DNA from: a virus
Taxonomy: Duplodnaviria; Caudoviricetes
Reading direction: 5' to 3' (one strand)
Length of the DNA: 48,138 nt
IMG/VR virus record: IMGVR_UViG_3300032955_000003
Coordinates: 1-48,138 of that record
Every line of letters starts with the position of its first letter. Within the stretch, counting starts at the first letter, position 1. A model generated the notes under the pieces. It had not been told where the DNA came from. It saw only the letters and a program-made list of their open reading frames with translations, and did not search any database. The translations under genes and the position numbers were made by a program. This document shows positions 45,559 through 48,138 of the stretch, one piece after another.

Positions 45559-46056
45559 TCATGCCTCCGCTGGTTTTGACGTCGAGATCGGGGCTCTCAG
45601 TAAAACGTCCCGCGTAGCGTCTGCTTCTTTCACCAAGGTGTCTAAGACCGAGTTCGGCAAGTCCGGCCGTGACGCTGTCGCGTTGGCGTCTTCGCTCCGC
45701 GCGGTGCTTCGTGTAAAGATTCGGCGTGGGTCACGGTCCAAGACCTCGCGCGCCGCGGCAAGCTGCATTCGCAGGTCTTTTTTCTGCTTGACAGCATCGA
45801 TAAGCGCCTTCATGGCGTCCGGGACGGCGTCTTCGAGCTCTTTCGTGAGCTTCGCTCGCTCTGCAAGAGAGGCGTCCATTTTGTTAAGATTGTTCCGGCG
45901 GACGTCATCTTCGATGAGTTTGTATTCTGGGCAAGCCAAGACACGCTGCAAGCCGCCGTAGGACATGTTCATGTCCAAGGCGATTTGCGTGGCCTTGCGC
46001 CCAGCGATAATCATCCGGGCGATCTGTTCGGCTTTGATCTTGACTTGACTATTCAT
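45559..46056 (-). CDS. putative terminase small subunit (N-terminal HTH)
   Basis: IARMIIAGRKATQIALDMNMSYGGLQRVL (HTH); QLAAAREVLDR; first late gene. Confidence 0.7.
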   Translation of the reverse strand: MNSQVKIKAEQIARMIIAGRKATQIALDMNMSYGGLQRVLACPEYKLIEDDVRRNNLNKMDASLAERAKLTKELEDAVPDAMKALIDAVKQKKDLRMQLAAAREVLDRDPRRIFTRSTARSEDANATASRPDLPNSVLDTLVKEADATRDVLLRAPISTSKPAEA

Positions 46057-46361
46057 CTACTCGCAGAGCCAAGACACCTTCGGTGTCTCCATCCTCGACG
46101 TCTTCGCCACGCCTAAGACTTCCTCACCGAAGGTGTCCCTTCCCAGGCCAGCCGAAAGGCTGCTTCGTTTCGCGTCACTTCTCGCTTGCTTATTTGACGT
46201 TAAGGCTATCACGCCAGGGGCGCGGAAGTCAAGCTAAAAAATGTTTGTAACATCTTTCTATCTAACTGAAAACAAAGCTTTTACAAAAGCTTCGCTTTTA
46301 AGCGTTTACAACATTCTTTTAGGTGCTACGTACCTACTTGACACAGCGTAGCTGTGGCTGT

Positions 46362-46390
46362 GACTAGACTTGCTCTTAGCAAGTACAGTC
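46362..46390. promoter_or_regulatory. 29 bp dyad site, copy 3
   Basis: GACTAGACTTG-CTCTTAG-CAAGTACAGTC. Confidence 0.6.
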
Positions 46391-46733
46391 TTGTATGCTA
46401 AAGCATTATGACAAGATCAATTCAAAAAGACGGAAAAAATTTTTCGAGTGGCCTCGACCATCTCAGTCTCAATCTCAATTTTTGGCCCCGGCGGGCATGC
46501 CTTCGGCATGAAATGGCCGTCGGACTGCAGCTGCAGGCGTGACACTACTAGTGTAAGCGTTGTGTTAGGTTTACCTGCAACCGTGGACTGTAGCAACCGC
46601 TCATTATATGGATAGCGGCGCTACAGGGCAAAGCGGATGGCGTGCGCAAGCGCCAACATATACAGCTACGCTGGGGCTGCGAGCCCATGCTAACAGCACG
46701 GCTGTCAAGAGCTAACGCTATGTGGAGGAGCTA

Positions 46734-46955
46734 ATGCAACAAAACAGTCCACACAGCAAATGGAGACGTCGGCGTATAAAAGTCTACACGGTGTGTCCAT
46801 GTTGTAATGAAAAAGCATGGCAAAGGCCTGTAACCGCAAGGCAGCTGACGCCAAGCAATACACGTACAGAGGAAAGTTACAATCTGTATTACTGTACAAC
46901 ATGTGGCGAGGCCTATGTCACTGATCCAACCTACAATGATTACGTGCAGCGTTAG
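46734..46955 (+). CDS. Zn-ribbon protein
   Basis: CPCC...YCTTC; GGAGGAG RBS. Confidence 0.65.
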   Translation: MQQNSPHSKWRRRRIKVYTVCPCCNEKAWQRPVTARQLTPSNTRTEESYNLYYCTTCGEAYVTDPTYNDYVQR

Positions 46956-47083
46956 CTGCTGCACATAGCGTTAGCTGAAGCTTTGTAATCCGCTCGTCTG
47001 TGGCATGGGTGCTACACTGGCTGCGCCAGGCTGCGCCAGTGACTTGCGTAGCAAGTGTAGCATCTAGCTACAGGAGGATTACA

Positions 47084-47512
47084 ATGACCGAGGAAACAAA
47101 GAAAGCTATCGCTATCCTTAGCAGCGATGCTATGGATGAGTTTGGCAGGACGGAGTCCGAGCGCACAGTTGTGCTAGACAGTGTCTTCGCCGACAAGATC
47201 AACACGGAAGTCGGTGACGGCGGGCATGACACTTACGTGGACGCGCTGAACTATATCTTGACGAGAGGCTTCGCCGAGATAGAGCGCTCACGCGCATCGC
47301 AGGCGAAGGCCGAGGCGGCACGCAAAGACGCCAAAGCGTTAGCTACGCTGAACGACGTTCTGGCCAAGACTCCCACGCTCGCAGCCAATCCGCAAGCTTT
47401 GCTTGCGACGCTGAAAGCGCTAGGCGCCTTGACATCACAGGTAGCGACTGTACTGAAAGCATTCGGCGTAAACGCGCCGACGGCTGAAGCCGACAAGCCA
47501 AAGGCTGCCTAG
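47084..47512 (+). CDS. hypothetical protein
   Basis: AGGAGG RBS before ATG 47084; Ala-rich and helical. Confidence 0.75.
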   Translation: MTEETKKAIAILSSDAMDEFGRTESERTVVLDSVFADKINTEVGDGGHDTYVDALNYILTRGFAEIERSRASQAKAEAARKDAKALATLNDVLAKTPTLAANPQALLATLKALGALTSQVATVLKAFGVNAPTAEADKPKAA

Positions 47513-47553
47513 GCACGTAGTGCCCGGTCACAGACGAGCGGAGGACAAAGCCG

Positions 47554-47829
47554 ATGAGCGATGCTATGCACGAAGTGCATCTGCGATTACAGCGACTAAA
47601 GTTGTCAGCGACGGGTCGCTCGATTGACAACATCAACGAGTCTGTCCGCCGTGGCGATCATTTCGTTCTTCCTCAGTCCGAGACCTATGTGAAGCATCAC
47701 GGAACGTGGCGACCTGACGGCTACTACCGTATCTTCTGTGCTCACGACCGACCGTATTATCAGACGTGCTCTCAATGTAGGCGGACGCAAAGTGAAGCTA
47801 ACGACTGGTTGCTGCGCAAAAGCGGCTAA
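47554..47829 (+). CDS. small Zn-binding protein
   Basis: CAH-x7-CSQC; GGAGG RBS. Confidence 0.65.
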   Translation: MSDAMHEVHLRLQRLKLSATGRSIDNINESVRRGDHFVLPQSETYVKHHGTWRPDGYYRIFCAHDRPYYQTCSQCRRTQSEANDWLLRKSG

Positions 47830-47856
47830 AAAGGGACGCACACATACGCCAAAGGC

Positions 47857-47955
47857 ATAAGCCGTTGCTGTGCAAGGCTTTAGCCTTTGTGTGCTCCGCG
47901 CACAAAACACCCCCCCCCCGTGTGGCATGTTTGAGAGGTAACTGCGCAATGCTGC
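47857..47955. repeat. right arm of the imperfect inverted repeat (partner 148-246)
   Basis: TGCTCCGCGCA (47892-47902), a C-run, and GGTAACTGCGC (47937-47947). Confidence 0.75.
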
Positions 47956-48035
47956 ACATTTGTCATAAAGCTGTAGCTTTATCTTGACAAGCTGAGATAT
48001 GTGTGTCAAGGCTAAGACAGCTATAGGACAAGTTA

Positions 48036-48138
<103 letters not shown>

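Noticed and set aside
20857-45961. Numerous + strand ORFs in the late region (e.g. 21339..21977, 43491..44075)
   Set aside because: Antisense shadows of well-supported - strand genes, with Arg/Ser-rich non-protein-like composition.
289-47829. Integrase, repressor or att site (integrated prophage)
   Set aside because: No tyrosine or serine recombinase motifs, no CI-like protein and no host genes at the edges were recognised.

Overview
This window looks like an essentially complete, circularly permuted ~48 kb genome of a short-tailed (podovirus-like) dsDNA phage; the contig breaks inside a long poly(T) tract present at both ends. The + strand (289-20766 and 46734-47829) carries early and replication genes: many small Zn-binding proteins, a J-domain protein, a vWA protein, a stand-alone FtsK motor, a Cas4-like nuclease/Sak4-like ATPase/SSB recombination module, a ParB-methyltransferase fusion, an HNH endonuclease, a family A DNA polymerase split into a UDG+exonuclease gene and a polymerase gene, a DUF3987-type P-loop protein and GroES. 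The - strand (46056-20839) carries the late genes: terminases, holin-like protein and lipoprotein, portal, scaffold, major capsid, tail tube/adaptor proteins, ejection-type proteins, a PurD-like ATP-grasp enzyme, and three signal-peptide proteins including a GH114 hydrolase. No integrase, repressor, primase, endolysin, tRNA or CRISPR array was recognised. The most unusual signals are: (i) genome-wide enrichment of C-GNA-G triloop DNA mini-hairpins; (ii) a ~100 bp imperfect inverted repeat flanking the poly(T) junction (origin-like); (iii) a 29 bp 11-7-11 dyad repeated four times in intergenic regions; (iv) a structured non-coding element ahead of a J-domain/vWA/FtsK module; and (v) apparently Sec-exported, Cys-paired paralogous proteins inside the virion module. 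All family calls are from motif recognition by eye; no database search was run.
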